Shown here piece by piece: positions 1-10,175 of a stretch of DNA of 64,000 nucleotides. Position numbers and translations under genes: made by a program. The DNA is from an uncultured Clostridia bacterium. Lineage in GTDB: Bacteria > Bacillota > Clostridia > Oscillospirales > Acutalibacteraceae. Each line of letters opens with the position of its first letter. The stretch's first letter is position 1. The notes under the pieces are model-generated. The model searched no databases. It worked only from the letters and a program-made list of their open reading frames with translations, and had not been told where the DNA came from. The stretch lies in assembly GCA_937898625.1 (NCBI GenBank), contig CALEJF010000040.1:11278-75277 (forward strand), written 5' to 3'.

Positions 1-559
1 TACCGAACTCCTCAACACCCTTTGATTTCATAATCTTGAATGCTTCAAAAAGTTGTTCAGTTGTCATACCATACTTTGCATCACCAGGATTATCCATAAT
101 GTTATTTGCAATTGAGAAATATCCGCCCGGATTGTAACGGCAAGAAAGTTTCTTCGGGAGATAACCAAGTGTTTTTTCAAGAATATCAATATGTGTGATA
201 TCATCAAGGTTGATAATCGCACCGATATCATCTGCATATTTAAACTCTGCAGGTGGTGTATCATTTGAGGAGAACATAATGTCATCCCCTACTGCACCGA
301 TTGCCTTTGAAAGCATAAGTTCAGTAATGGAAGAGCAGTCACAACCACAACCATATTCTCTTAAAATGTTGATAAGGAATGGGTTTGGAGTTGCTTTCAC
401 TGCAAAATATTCTTTGAAACCTTTATTCCAAGCAAATGCTTTTTTAAGATTCTCTGCATTTTTGCGAATTCCAGCTTCATCATAAAGATGGAATGGAGTT
501 GGATAAACCTTTGCGATTTCCTCTAACTTTTCTTTTGTTGTAAATGGTACTTTGCTCAT
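1..559 (-). CDS. lysA: Diaminopimelate decarboxylase-like PLP-dependent decarboxylase, N-terminal ~186 codons (3' end beyond window edge)
   Basis: My own translation of the minus strand from ATG at 557-559 gives MSKVPFTTKEKLEEIAKVYPTPFHLYDEAGIRKNAENLKKAFAWNKGFKEYFAVKATPNPFLINILREYGCGCDCSS... The frame stays open to position 1, and it is absent from the ORF track because it is truncated. The FAVKA(PLP-Lys) and CDCSS motifs are typical of Orn/DAP/Arg decarboxylase family 2. Confidence 0.65.
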   Translation of the reverse strand, partial: MSKVPFTTKEKLEEIAKVYPTPFHLYDEAGIRKNAENLKKAFAWNKGFKEYFAVKATPNPFLINILREYGCGCDCSSITELMLSKAIGAVGDDIMFSSNDTPPAEFKYADDIGAIINLDDITHIDILEKTLGYLPKKLSCRYNPGGYFSIANNIMDNPGDAKYGMTTEQLFEAFKIMKSKGVEEFG

Positions 560-560
560 A

Positions 561-1148
561 TTATTCACCTAAATATCCTTCAATATATTTTTTTACCACA
601 TCAAGTCCTGCACCTGTTTCTGATGAAAAAGGAATAATTCTATCCTCAGGTACAAAACTCATTTCTTTTTTAGAATTTTCAATTCTTTCGTTATATTCTT
701 TTTTCTTTTTAAGCTTGTCCGACTTTGTCATAACAACAATGAATTCATAACCACTTGCCTGTAAGAATTCCATCATCATTATATCGTCCTTTGTAGGTGG
801 ATGACGCATATCAACAAGCTGAACAACAAGTTTAATATTACGGTCAGAATTAAAATATCCTTCCATCATTTCTGCCCAACGGTCTTTTTCGGTTTTGGCA
901 ACTTTTGCATATCCGTAGCCCGGCAAGTCCACAAAATTAACCTCATCAACCTGATAAAAGTTGATTGTGATTGTTTTGCCCGGAACAGAACTTACTCTTG
1001 CTAAATTCTTTCGTTGAAACAACTTATTGAGTAATGAACTTTTGCCAACATTTGAACGCCCTGCAAAAGCAATTTCGGGCAAATCGGAGTCTGGCAACTG
1101 ACCAAACGTGCCGTATGCAGCCTTAAACTCTGCTTTATCGTATCTCAT
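561..1148 (-). CDS. engB: Ribosome biogenesis GTP-binding protein EngB/YsxC
   Basis: GRSNVGKSSLLN P-loop, DLPGYG and TKSDK motifs. The start was moved to MRYDKAEF because the longer ORF would overlap the lon stop. The lon-engB order is classical in Firmicutes. Confidence 0.9.
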   Translation of the reverse strand: MRYDKAEFKAAYGTFGQLPDSDLPEIAFAGRSNVGKSSLLNKLFQRKNLARVSSVPGKTITINFYQVDEVNFVDLPGYGYAKVAKTEKDRWAEMMEGYFNSDRNIKLVVQLVDMRHPPTKDDIMMMEFLQASGYEFIVVMTKSDKLKKKKEYNERIENSKKEMSFVPEDRIIPFSSETGAGLDVVKKYIEGYLGE

Positions 1149-1158
1149 AAATACTCCT

Positions 1159-3510
1159 TTACACAAGTGCAACCTTTAATACATCATCACCTGTTTTTGC
1201 AAATACAAAATTGATTTTTTCTTTTACTTTCTCGTCAACCTCTTGAAGGTCACCACGATTTGCTTCAGGTACAACAACTGTTTTTACGCCCTCAACATAG
1301 GCTGCCATTGTCTTTTCACGAAGACCACCTATTGGAAGAACTCTGCCTGTAACAGTAATTTCACCTGTCATAGCGACATCGGATTTAACCTTACAGCCTG
1401 AAAGAGCAGAAACAAGAGCAGTAAAGATTGTTACACCTGCAGATGGACCATCTTTTGGCACAGCACCTTCCGGAAAATGAATGTGTATATCCTTATTTTG
1501 ATAGAAATCTTTGTCAATTCTATACTTTTCTGCATTTGTTCTTATGTAACTGATTGCTGCTTTTGCTGATTCTTTAATAACATCACCAAGTGAACCTGTA
1601 AGTTCAATGTTTCCCTTGCCATCCATAACGGCAACTTCAACGGTAAGCATTGTTCCGCCGACAGATGTATAAGCAAGTCCGTTAACAACACCAATCTGGT
1701 CGAATTTTGAACTTTCGTCAGGTTTGAATTTAACAGGTCCAAGATATGTTTCTAACTCAATATCTTTAACTGTAATCTTTCCATCAAATCCCTTTGCATA
1801 TTCAACTGCAATTTTACGAAGGACCTTTGCAATTGTTCTTTCAAGAACACGGACACCCGCTTCTTTTGTATAACCGCTGATGATTGCTTTGAGAGCTTTA
1901 TCAGTAAATTTTACATAGGATTTTTTAAGCCCATTGGCAACTATTTGTTTTGGTACTAAATGCTTTTTAGCAATATTGAACTTTTCCTCATAAGTATACC
2001 CGGGGATATCAATAATTTCCATTCTGTCAAGTAGCGGTGCAGGAATTCTGCTTTTATCATTTGCAGTTGTAATGAACATAACCTTACTTAAATCATAAGG
2101 AATTTCAAGATAGTGGTCAGTAAATGTGTTGTTCTGCTCAGCATCAAGCACTTCTAAAAGTGCAGATGATGGGTCACCACGATGGTCAGAACCTAATTTA
2201 TCAACCTCATCAAGCAAAATAAGAGGGTTGGAACTCTTTGCGTTTTCAATAGCCTCAATTATTCTACCCGGCATTGAGCCGATATAAGTCTTTCTGTGAC
2301 CACGGATATCTGCTTCATCACGGACACCACCAAGAGAAATACGCGCATAAGTTCTGCCCATAGCATTTGCAAGTGAACGGGCAATTGATGTTTTACCAAC
2401 ACCCGGAGGTCCTGCAAGACAGATAATTTGACCTTTAATATCGGGATTAATTTTACGGACTGCAAGGAATTCGATAATTCTCTCTTTAACATCAGCTAGC
2501 CCATAATGGTCATTGTCAAGAATATCCTGTGCATGTTGTATATCAAGGTTTTCTTCTGTACAGTACTTCCAAGGTAACGAAATAATTTTATCGAGATAGT
2601 TTCTTATAACTGCAGACTCCGGACTTGATGACTGCATTTTCATTAATCTGTCGCACTCACGAAGAAGTTTTCTTTCTACATCTTCAGTAAAACCTATTGC
2701 ACGAATTTGTTCCTTGTATTCTTCAGACTCGGAAATTGCACCATCGCCCTCATTAAGCTCTTCGGAAATTGCTTTTATTTGTTCGCGAAGATAATACTCT
2801 CGTTGGTTTTCTTCCATCTGTTCCTGAACTTTATTATTGATTTCTTCTTCAATAGCTAAAAGTTCAATTTCTCTTTTAAGTATTAAGCAAAGTGACTCTG
2901 CTCTCTTTAACGGATTTAGTTCTTCCAACAAGCCTTGCTTAACTGCATAATCAAGTGGGATATTTGAAAGAATGTAGTCAGTAATTTCTGCTGCCTCCTT
3001 ACGGACAGAAACACCAACAATGATATCATTGGGAAGTTTGGGAATAAAATATGAATACTCCTCAAAAATGCCAACAAGATTACGCACAAGAGCTTCTTCA
3101 TACATAGCATCTTCTACGGAAACTTTTTCTGTTTCTATCTTTCGTACTATTGCTGACAAATACGGGTTAGCAGAATTCATATGTAAAAGTTCTGCACGAT
3201 AAAGTCCATAAACAATAACACGAAGAGTATCCGTGCCCGGCAATTTCATAACCTGCTTGATTTCGCAGACAACTCCCGAACGATAAATATCATCAAATCT
3301 TGGGTCATCACATTCCATATCCATCTGTGCTGCAAGAAATATATTTGTTTTCTTTTCCATTGCTGCACGAATTGCCTTTACCGATTTTGGTCTGCCAACA
3401 TCAAAATGCATTGTCATTTCAGGAAAAACAACAAGTCCACGCAAGGCAACCATTGGAATTGAAAATGATTTTTCATTAAATTCATCAAATATTATATTAG
3501 TTTTTTCCAT
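1159..3510 (-). CDS. lon: ATP-dependent Lon protease
   Basis: LON N-terminal domain, Walker A GPPGVGKTS, and a C-terminal protease domain with PKDGPSAG. ATG (MEKTNII) lies downstream of AGGAG; the tracked ORF begins at an upstream GTG. Confidence 0.95.
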   Translation of the reverse strand: MEKTNIIFDEFNEKSFSIPMVALRGLVVFPEMTMHFDVGRPKSVKAIRAAMEKKTNIFLAAQMDMECDDPRFDDIYRSGVVCEIKQVMKLPGTDTLRVIVYGLYRAELLHMNSANPYLSAIVRKIETEKVSVEDAMYEEALVRNLVGIFEEYSYFIPKLPNDIIVGVSVRKEAAEITDYILSNIPLDYAVKQGLLEELNPLKRAESLCLILKREIELLAIEEEINNKVQEQMEENQREYYLREQIKAISEELNEGDGAISESEEYKEQIRAIGFTEDVERKLLRECDRLMKMQSSSPESAVIRNYLDKIISLPWKYCTEENLDIQHAQDILDNDHYGLADVKERIIEFLAVRKINPDIKGQIICLAGPPGVGKTSIARSLANAMGRTYARISLGGVRDEADIRGHRKTYIGSMPGRIIEAIENAKSSNPLILLDEVDKLGSDHRGDPSSALLEVLDAEQNNTFTDHYLEIPYDLSKVMFITTANDKSRIPAPLLDRMEIIDIPGYTYEEKFNIAKKHLVPKQIVANGLKKSYVKFTDKALKAIISGYTKEAGVRVLERTIAKVLRKIAVEYAKGFDGKITVKDIELETYLGPVKFKPDESSKFDQIGVVNGLAYTSVGGTMLTVEVAVMDGKGNIELTGSLGDVIKESAKAAISYIRTNAEKYRIDKDFYQNKDIHIHFPEGAVPKDGPSAGVTIFTALVSALSGCKVKSDVAMTGEITVTGRVLPIGGLREKTMAAYVEGVKTVVVPEANRGDLQEVDEKVKEKINFVFAKTGDDVLKVALV

Positions 3511-3691
3511 AAATAAAAATATCACTCCTATTATGAACTTATATTATATAATAAAATATAAATATCTGCAAGATATACAATAATAAATTTAAATTTTTTG
3601 CATTTAACTTTGACTTTGTTAAATTTTTGCACAAGTTTTTAGGTTTTGAAAAAGTTTTTATAAAAAACTTTGTTATTTTTTTGTCATTCTA

Positions 3692-3721
3692 TTGACTTTT
3701 TGTTGTGTTTTTTGATATAAT
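3692..3721 (+). promoter_or_regulatory. Candidate sigma-A promoter for serC-serA (TTGACT-18 nt-TGaTATAAT)
   Basis: TTGACT at 3692-3697 and TATAAT at 3716-3721 with an upstream TG, about 65 nt before the serC ATG. Confidence 0.5.
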
Positions 3722-3784
3722 TCCGTCAATGTTTAATTTTTTAACATATAATTTATTGTAAAAACACATTCGGAGGTTATATTT

Positions 3785-4867
3785 ATGGCAAGAGTTTATA
3801 ATTTTTCAGCAGGTCCTTCAATGCTTCCTGAGGAAGTTTTAAAAAAGGCTGCAGCAGAAATGCTTGATTACGAAGGTAGTGGTCAATCTGTTATGGAGAT
3901 GAGCCACCGTTCAAAAGTATATGATAGTATTATCAAGGGTGCTGAACAACTCCTTCGTGAACTTATGAATATTCCTGATAATTATAAGGTATTATTCTTA
4001 CAAGGTGGTGCTTCAACACAGTTTGCTGCTATTCCACTTAACTTTATGAATAAAAATGGTAAGGCTGACTTTGTTATCACTGGTCAGTGGGCAAAAAAAG
4101 CGTATCAGGAAGCACAGAAATACGGTGAATGTAAAGCAGTTGCATCTTCTGCAGACAAGACATTTTCATATATTCCAAAGCTTGATAAAAACGAATTCAC
4201 AAAGGATGCAGATTATTTCTATATCTGCATGAACAATACAATTTATGGTACTGTTTACCACGAACTTCCTGACACAGGCGATGTTCCGCTTATTGCAGAC
4301 ATCTCTTCATGCTTCCTTTCAGAACCAATTGATGTTTCTAAATTTGCTATGGTATATGGTGGTGCACAGAAAAACGTTGCTCCTGCCGGTCTTACAATCT
4401 GTATTATCCGTGAAGATATGCTTGGTAACGCAAGAGATATCACACCAACAATGCTTAACTATCATATTATGGCTGACAACGATTCTCTTTACAATACTCC
4501 CCCATGCTATACAATTTACATTTGCAAACTTGTTCTTGAGTGGCTCAAGGAAATGGGTGGACTTGAAGCAATTAAGGAAAGAAATGTAAAGAAAGCAAAG
4601 ATTCTCTATGATTTCCTTGACAACAGCAAGATGTTCAAAGGTACTGTTGTTCCCGAAGACCGTTCACTTATGAATGTTCCATTTGTAACAGACAGTGAAG
4701 AACTTAATGCTAAATTCATCAAGGAAGCAACTGAAGCAGGTTTCGTTAACCTTAAAGGTCACCGTTCAGTTGGTGGTATGAGAGCATCTATTTACAATGC
4801 TATGCCTGTTGAAGGTGTTGAGAAACTCGTTGAGTTTATGGCAGAATTTGAAAAAGCAAATTCATAA
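3785..4867 (+). CDS. serC: Phosphoserine aminotransferase
   Basis: 360 aa. N-terminus MARVYNFSAGPSMLPEEVL plus the GGAQKN(V/I) PLP-lysine region. RBS GGAGG lies upstream. Confidence 0.93.
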   Translation: MARVYNFSAGPSMLPEEVLKKAAAEMLDYEGSGQSVMEMSHRSKVYDSIIKGAEQLLRELMNIPDNYKVLFLQGGASTQFAAIPLNFMNKNGKADFVITGQWAKKAYQEAQKYGECKAVASSADKTFSYIPKLDKNEFTKDADYFYICMNNTIYGTVYHELPDTGDVPLIADISSCFLSEPIDVSKFAMVYGGAQKNVAPAGLTICIIREDMLGNARDITPTMLNYHIMADNDSLYNTPPCYTIYICKLVLEWLKEMGGLEAIKERNVKKAKILYDFLDNSKMFKGTVVPEDRSLMNVPFVTDSEELNAKFIKEATEAGFVNLKGHRSVGGMRASIYNAMPVEGVEKLVEFMAEFEKANS

Positions 4868-4879
4868 GGAGATTTATTT

Positions 4880-6043
4880 ATGTATAACATTTTAACTTTA
4901 AATAAAATTTCTGAAACAGGTCTTTGCCGTTTCAGTGCTGATTATAATTGTGCTACTGATGTAGCAAATCCTGATGCAATTCTTGTTCGTTCAGCATCAA
5001 TGCACGATATGGAATTCCAAAGCAACACTCTTGCAATTGCTCGTGCAGGTGCAGGTGTTAATAATATTCCAATTGACAAATGCAGTGAAGAAGGTATTGT
5101 TGTTTTCAACACACCCGGTGCAAATGCCAATGCAGTTAAAGAACTTGTTCTTACAGGACTTTTCCTCTCATCAAGAAAGATTGTTCCTGCTATCGACTGG
5201 GCTCTTACATTAAAAGGTAATGGGGACACCGTACCAAAAGATGTTGAAAAAGGTAAAAGTGCTTTTGCAGGTCCTGAAATCAAGGGTAAGACTCTTGGTG
5301 TAATTGGTCTTGGTGCTATTGGTATTCTTGTTGCTAATGCAGCAGCTGCACTTGGAATGAAAGTTATTGGTTACGACCCATTCCTTTCAGTTGCACAGAG
5401 TATTACACTTAATCACCATGTAAAACTCACTGATGACCTTAATGTCATTTATGCTGAAAGCGATTATATTACACTTCACTTACCACTTAACGACAAAACT
5501 CGTGGACTTATCAACGCAGACACAATCGCTATAATGAAAGATGAAGTTAGAGTTCTTAACTTTGCTCGTGGTGAACTTGTTGATACAAATGCAATTCTTT
5601 CTGCACTTGAAAATGGTAAAGTTGCTTCTTATGTTACAGACTTCCCGAATGACGCAGTTATTGGTGCTCCCGGAGTAATTGCTATTCCTCACCTTGGTGC
5701 ATCAACTCCTGAGTCAGAAGATAATTGTGCAATGATGGCAGTTGACCAAGTTGCTGATTTCCTTGAAAACGGAAGTATTGTTAATTCAGTCAACTACCCT
5801 GCTGTATCTCTTAACACTTGTGAAAAACACAGAATTACAATTATGCATAAAAATGTTTCCGGTATTGTAAGCAAGATTACCTCTGCCTTTGCCAATGAAG
5901 ATGTTAACATCGACAATATGGTGAACAAATCAAAGGGCGAATACGCATACACCGTTATTGATTCAGACACAAATGCATCACCTGAATCACTTGAAGCATT
6001 AAAGAAAATCAACGGAATTATCCGTATCAGAGTTATTAAATAA
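4880..6043 (+). CDS. serA: D-3-phosphoglycerate dehydrogenase with C-terminal ACT domain
   Basis: 2-hydroxyacid dehydrogenase NAD fold (GVIGLGAIG) and catalytic HLGAST. It starts 12 nt after serC. Confidence 0.9.
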   Translation: MYNILTLNKISETGLCRFSADYNCATDVANPDAILVRSASMHDMEFQSNTLAIARAGAGVNNIPIDKCSEEGIVVFNTPGANANAVKELVLTGLFLSSRKIVPAIDWALTLKGNGDTVPKDVEKGKSAFAGPEIKGKTLGVIGLGAIGILVANAAAALGMKVIGYDPFLSVAQSITLNHHVKLTDDLNVIYAESDYITLHLPLNDKTRGLINADTIAIMKDEVRVLNFARGELVDTNAILSALENGKVASYVTDFPNDAVIGAPGVIAIPHLGASTPESEDNCAMMAVDQVADFLENGSIVNSVNYPAVSLNTCEKHRITIMHKNVSGIVSKITSAFANEDVNIDNMVNKSKGEYAYTVIDSDTNASPESLEALKKINGIIRIRVIK

Positions 6044-6060
6044 TCAAAATGCATACACAA

Positions 6061-6095
6061 AAAGGACCTGTTCAACGAACAGGTCCTTTCGATTT
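6061..6095. terminator. Bidirectional rho-independent terminator between serA and the Na/Pi transporter gene
   Basis: 13-bp perfect stem AAAGGACCTGTTC/GAACAGGTCCTTT with a 3-nt loop and T-rich flanks on both strands. Confidence 0.8.
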
Positions 6096-6106
6096 TAGCA
6101 AGTAAA

Positions 6107-7765
6107 TCAATACGCATTAACCATTGTTTCATCAGCCACTGCTCTTGTGTCCGGCTTTTTGCTGACTGCAAAAGCGATATTCTTTGCGTGGTCACCAACA
6201 CGCTCAAAGTCGATAAGAGTATTAACAAACATCATACCCGCACGAGTTTCACAATGTTCTTCATTAAGTCGACGAAGATGTGCATCCTGATATTTTTCTT
6301 TAAGATTATCAGAAATTGTTTCAAGTGTTTCTATTTGCTTTGCCTCATCCAGCGACAATTCCTGTTTTTCAAAGGCTGCAATAGAAGCGTTTAACAAGTC
6401 CATAACGCATTTGCGCATTGTTTCCAATTCCTCAACTGCGCTTTGAGAAATTGCGAGTTTTTCGTTGCTACGAACAATTTCAGCATCGCAGAGATTGACT
6501 GCGTGGTCACCGATACGTTCAATATCGTTGACAACATGGAAAAGACGACCGATGTATTTAGCATCATTATAGTCCAAATCAAGTGCATTGATTTTAACAA
6601 GATTTTTAGTAATTCCGTGGTTAAGGAAGTTGATGACTTCTTCAACGGATTCAATCTTTTCTTTCTTGGACGTGTCGTTATTTATCAATGCTACTGCTGC
6701 ACGGTCAAAGTTATCCCTTGCAAGATATGCCATTCTGACAACTTCTTTGCCAATCTGTTCAACGGCAACAGGAGGTGTGCTAAGAAGATGAGCGTCGTAG
6801 AATTTAAATACAAGTTTAGAATCCTCTGGTTCTTTGTCAGGGATAAGCAAACACGCTATTTTAATAAGAATATTTGCAAATGGGAAGAGAATAATTGTAC
6901 TTACTACATTGAATATAATATGAGCCGCTGAAATCTGTGCTGAAACACTATCACTTATACCTTGGAGAAATGAAATATAAGGTGTAAATGCTGTAATAAA
7001 TACGAAAATAATTGTACCTACAACATTAAATAATAAGTGCATAACAGCTGTTCTCTTTGAGTTAGTCTTAGAACCTGCAGCAGAAAGAAGAGCAGTTACA
7101 CAAGTACCGATATTCTGTCCTAAAAGAATGTATACAGCAAATTCAATGGGAACAAGACCCTGTAATGCAAGTGCTTGTAAAATACCGATACTTGCAGAAG
7201 AACTTTGGATAATTGCTGTAAGTACAAGACCAATAAGAACACCAACTATTGGATTGCTGAAGTTAGTCATAAAATATGTGAAAACTTCTGACTCACCCAG
7301 TGGTGCCATACCATATGACATTAACTCCATACCAACAAAGAGCATACCAAAACCTGCTACAGTTTGTCCAATATGCTTTATAATGTCCTTTTTGATAAAA
7401 AGCATTACAAAAACGCCAATGAGCAAGGCAACAGGTGCAATCATGCCCAAATCCATCGCTATAAGAACACTGGTAACAGTTGTACCAATATTAGCACCCA
7501 TAATTACGCCAATGGCCTGAGCAAGGTTCATAAGGCCTGCATTTACAAAACCAACAACCATAACAGTTGTAGCTGATGAACTTTGAATAAGTGCAGTAAC
7601 AAGTGCACCCATAATAACAGCTAAAAATCTATTCTTAGTCAATGCTCCTAAAATCTTTTTCATTTTTGAGCCGGCAGCATATTCAAGACCCTGTCCCATA
7701 GCGTCAATACCATAAAGAAACAGCCCTATACCGGTAAAAAAGGACAACAAGTTCATTATATCCAT
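6107..7765 (-). CDS. Na+/phosphate cotransporter family protein (NptA/YjbB type) with C-terminal PhoU-like repeats
   Basis: 552 aa. Duplicated QSSSATT / QSSSASI Na/Pi-cotransporter signature, polytopic N-terminal half, and a PhoU-like helical C-terminal half (ERIGDHA, ERVGDHA). Confidence 0.88.
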   Translation of the reverse strand: MDIMNLLSFFTGIGLFLYGIDAMGQGLEYAAGSKMKKILGALTKNRFLAVIMGALVTALIQSSSATTVMVVGFVNAGLMNLAQAIGVIMGANIGTTVTSVLIAMDLGMIAPVALLIGVFVMLFIKKDIIKHIGQTVAGFGMLFVGMELMSYGMAPLGESEVFTYFMTNFSNPIVGVLIGLVLTAIIQSSSASIGILQALALQGLVPIEFAVYILLGQNIGTCVTALLSAAGSKTNSKRTAVMHLLFNVVGTIIFVFITAFTPYISFLQGISDSVSAQISAAHIIFNVVSTIILFPFANILIKIACLLIPDKEPEDSKLVFKFYDAHLLSTPPVAVEQIGKEVVRMAYLARDNFDRAAVALINNDTSKKEKIESVEEVINFLNHGITKNLVKINALDLDYNDAKYIGRLFHVVNDIERIGDHAVNLCDAEIVRSNEKLAISQSAVEELETMRKCVMDLLNASIAAFEKQELSLDEAKQIETLETISDNLKEKYQDAHLRRLNEEHCETRAGMMFVNTLIDFERVGDHAKNIAFAVSKKPDTRAVADETMVNAY

Positions 7766-7769
7766 TGCA

Positions 7770-9362
7770 TTATACTCCTTGTTCTTCCGCTTTTATTTTT
7801 TCGTTCTTTTTGTATTCAACGCCCATTTTACCAAGATGATAAACAGAACGATTTCTCAAAAACAGTTTTTTCTTTTCAATTCTTGAATAGTTAATACTCT
7901 TAGTACGCATATATGCTTTAAAGAAATTAAGTCGTTTATAAAAATCTTTGTAATTCTTCTTTTCATCCTCTGTCCAAGCAACCTCAGCAAAGGCGAATAT
8001 TCTTGGATAAACTGTAAATTGCCATGCACTCTCGTCAGTAATCCACTCTGCCCATGTTTCGAATTCAACACCAAGTACATTTTCAGATTTTATGAAACCT
8101 GATTTTGCAATATTATAGTTATAAACATTTTTAAGTGGTGCTGTTGCGTGTGACATATCAAAATAAAGAGTTGGACAAGGAGAAACAATATACTTTCTCT
8201 TTTCGTTTTCCCTCTTTGTCCATGCAGGCGTACGATAAATCCAATACTGACCAACAATATCTTTGTCGGTGTTCTCACCTACTCCATCATTCCATTCTAT
8301 ACTTATCTTGCCAAGTTTTTTGAGAATTTCATTAACACGATTATTGAAATATACCTGTAATTCAGAACCCTTTTTTAATCCTAATTCTTTCATTTTAGCC
8401 TGACATACCGTGCAATTATTTTCCCATATTTTATGTCCCTTTGCAGCTTCGTCACCACCCATATGAAAATACTTATACGGAAACAATTCAGCAACCTCTG
8501 TTAAAAGTTTTTCAACGAAATCATAGGTTTCTTCCTGACCTGCACAAAGCACATCTTTTGTTATACCATTCTTGCAATAAACCTCATAAGTTTCTTTTAA
8601 ACACGACAATTCAGGATATGCAGCAAGAATTGCAACTGTATGCCCCGGCAAATCGATTTCAGGAATTATATCAATGCAAAGATTTTTTGCATATTCAACA
8701 ATCTCTCTGATTTCGCTCTTTTTGTAGTAATGGAAATACTCGTCCCCGCCCATTTTAATTTCAGGAATCGCTGCAAACGGGCCATCGCCACCAAGGTATT
8801 CATATTTACGCTTACTGCTGATTTCATTGAGTAATGGAAAAACTTCACTTTCAATTCTGTAGCCCTGGTCATCGCTTAAATGCCAGTGGAATATGTTAAG
8901 TTTAAGCATAGCCATTTCATCCAATGCTCGTTTCACGGCATCAACGCCAAAGAAATGGCGTACTTCATCCATCATTTCGCCGCGGAAAGAGAATTTTGGG
9001 TAGTCATATATGTAAGAACAATTAATTTCTGCTACTCCATTTGCTTTTTTTGATTGCATTATCATTAATTTAAGAGTAACCGCACCATAAAAAGCACCAT
9101 GCTCATCGGATGAGGAAATAGTTATTCCCTCAGTAGTAATCTTAAGTTTATACCCTTCAGATGGAAGATTATCATCCTTTATAAACTTAATTGTGCCTTT
9201 TTTAGCATCTTTCTTTGTTTTAAGAAAGTTTGAGATATATTTTCCCGCTTTCATAAATTCGGGATAGCACAAAACCTCTGTTTCAGGTGTAACAGTATAT
9301 GTACCGTCAAGAACATCGTATTTCTGTGGTTTTGGTATAATACTATATTTTGCTTTACTCAT
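7770..9362 (-). CDS. Glycoside hydrolase family 20 beta-N-acetylhexosaminidase (no signal peptide)
   Basis: HWHLSDDQGYRIE and HMGGDE catalytic motifs of GH20. 530 aa. Confidence 0.88.
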   Translation of the reverse strand: MSKAKYSIIPKPQKYDVLDGTYTVTPETEVLCYPEFMKAGKYISNFLKTKKDAKKGTIKFIKDDNLPSEGYKLKITTEGITISSSDEHGAFYGAVTLKLMIMQSKKANGVAEINCSYIYDYPKFSFRGEMMDEVRHFFGVDAVKRALDEMAMLKLNIFHWHLSDDQGYRIESEVFPLLNEISSKRKYEYLGGDGPFAAIPEIKMGGDEYFHYYKKSEIREIVEYAKNLCIDIIPEIDLPGHTVAILAAYPELSCLKETYEVYCKNGITKDVLCAGQEETYDFVEKLLTEVAELFPYKYFHMGGDEAAKGHKIWENNCTVCQAKMKELGLKKGSELQVYFNNRVNEILKKLGKISIEWNDGVGENTDKDIVGQYWIYRTPAWTKRENEKRKYIVSPCPTLYFDMSHATAPLKNVYNYNIAKSGFIKSENVLGVEFETWAEWITDESAWQFTVYPRIFAFAEVAWTEDEKKNYKDFYKRLNFFKAYMRTKSINYSRIEKKKLFLRNRSVYHLGKMGVEYKKNEKIKAEEQGV

Positions 9363-10102
9363 TATATTTCCTCCAATACTTTTTTACAAAAGTCAGGTAC
9401 ATCAGTGATTAGAGCATCACAACCCCAATTAGTAAGTTTAATAATATCTTCTCTCTCATTAACTGTCCAAGGATTAACCTTTATACCCAAATTATGAAGT
9501 TCCATTACCTCTTTATGTGAAATTAAAAAATACTCAGGATGTGCTGCATCAACACCTAATTGTTTGCAATACTTTGCAACACCAAAGGACATAATTTCGT
9601 CGCCTAATTCACTTTTTTCGTAAAGAAGTGCAGTTTGAACATTTTTATCTATCTCTTTTACCTGACGGACACATTCCGGGTCAAAGCAAGACACAATTGA
9701 ATTGTTAACAATACCGTACTCGTGAATTTTTTCGACAACTTTTTTTATAAGGTCATTATCCTTTTGTGGTGGCTTGATTTCAATATTGATTAGAGCCATA
9801 TCTTTTACAACATCTAAAAGTTCATTCAAGGTAGGTAAACTGACTCCTGCAAAATCCTTATTAAAGTATGAACCAAAGTCATAACCTTTAAGCTGTGCAA
9901 GTGTCATTTCATCAATACGACCAACACCGTTTGATGTTTCGTCAATAGTGTAATTGTGACAAATAACAATCTCATTATCAAGGCACAAATGGACATCTGT
10001 TTCGATTCCATCTGCCATAAAGTCCACTGCTTTTTGAAATGCAGGAATTGTATTCTGTGGTGCTACTTTGTTGGCACCACGATGGGCTAATACAAGTGGC
10101 AT
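9362..10102 (-). CDS. Glycerophosphodiester phosphodiesterase (GDPD family)
   Basis: LAHRGA...ENT and the E-D-H pattern of GDPD. The start was set at MPLVLAHRG, 6 nt after AGGAGG. The stop overlaps the GH20 ATG (ATAATG). Confidence 0.85.
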   Translation of the reverse strand: MPLVLAHRGANKVAPQNTIPAFQKAVDFMADGIETDVHLCLDNEIVICHNYTIDETSNGVGRIDEMTLAQLKGYDFGSYFNKDFAGVSLPTLNELLDVVKDMALINIEIKPPQKDNDLIKKVVEKIHEYGIVNNSIVSCFDPECVRQVKEIDKNVQTALLYEKSELGDEIMSFGVAKYCKQLGVDAAHPEYFLISHKEVMELHNLGIKVNPWTVNEREDIIKLTNWGCDALITDVPDFCKKVLEEI

Positions 10103-10175
10103 AAAAATCCTCCTTGGTAAAATCAAACTTATACATTTATCATTTTACCAAAGAGGATTATGTTTTGTAAAGATT

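Noticed and set aside
3526-3784. Possible T-box or riboswitch leader upstream of serC in the 260-nt AT-rich spacer
   Set aside because: I found no T-box sequence (AGGGUGGNACCGCG-like), no specifier hairpin and no terminator/antiterminator pair. Only a promoter-like TTGACT/TATAAT pair is visible.
5794-6228. 144-aa minus-strand ORF bridging the serA 3' end, the terminator and the Na/Pi gene 3' end
   Set aside because: It crosses a strong bidirectional terminator hairpin and overlaps two supported genes.
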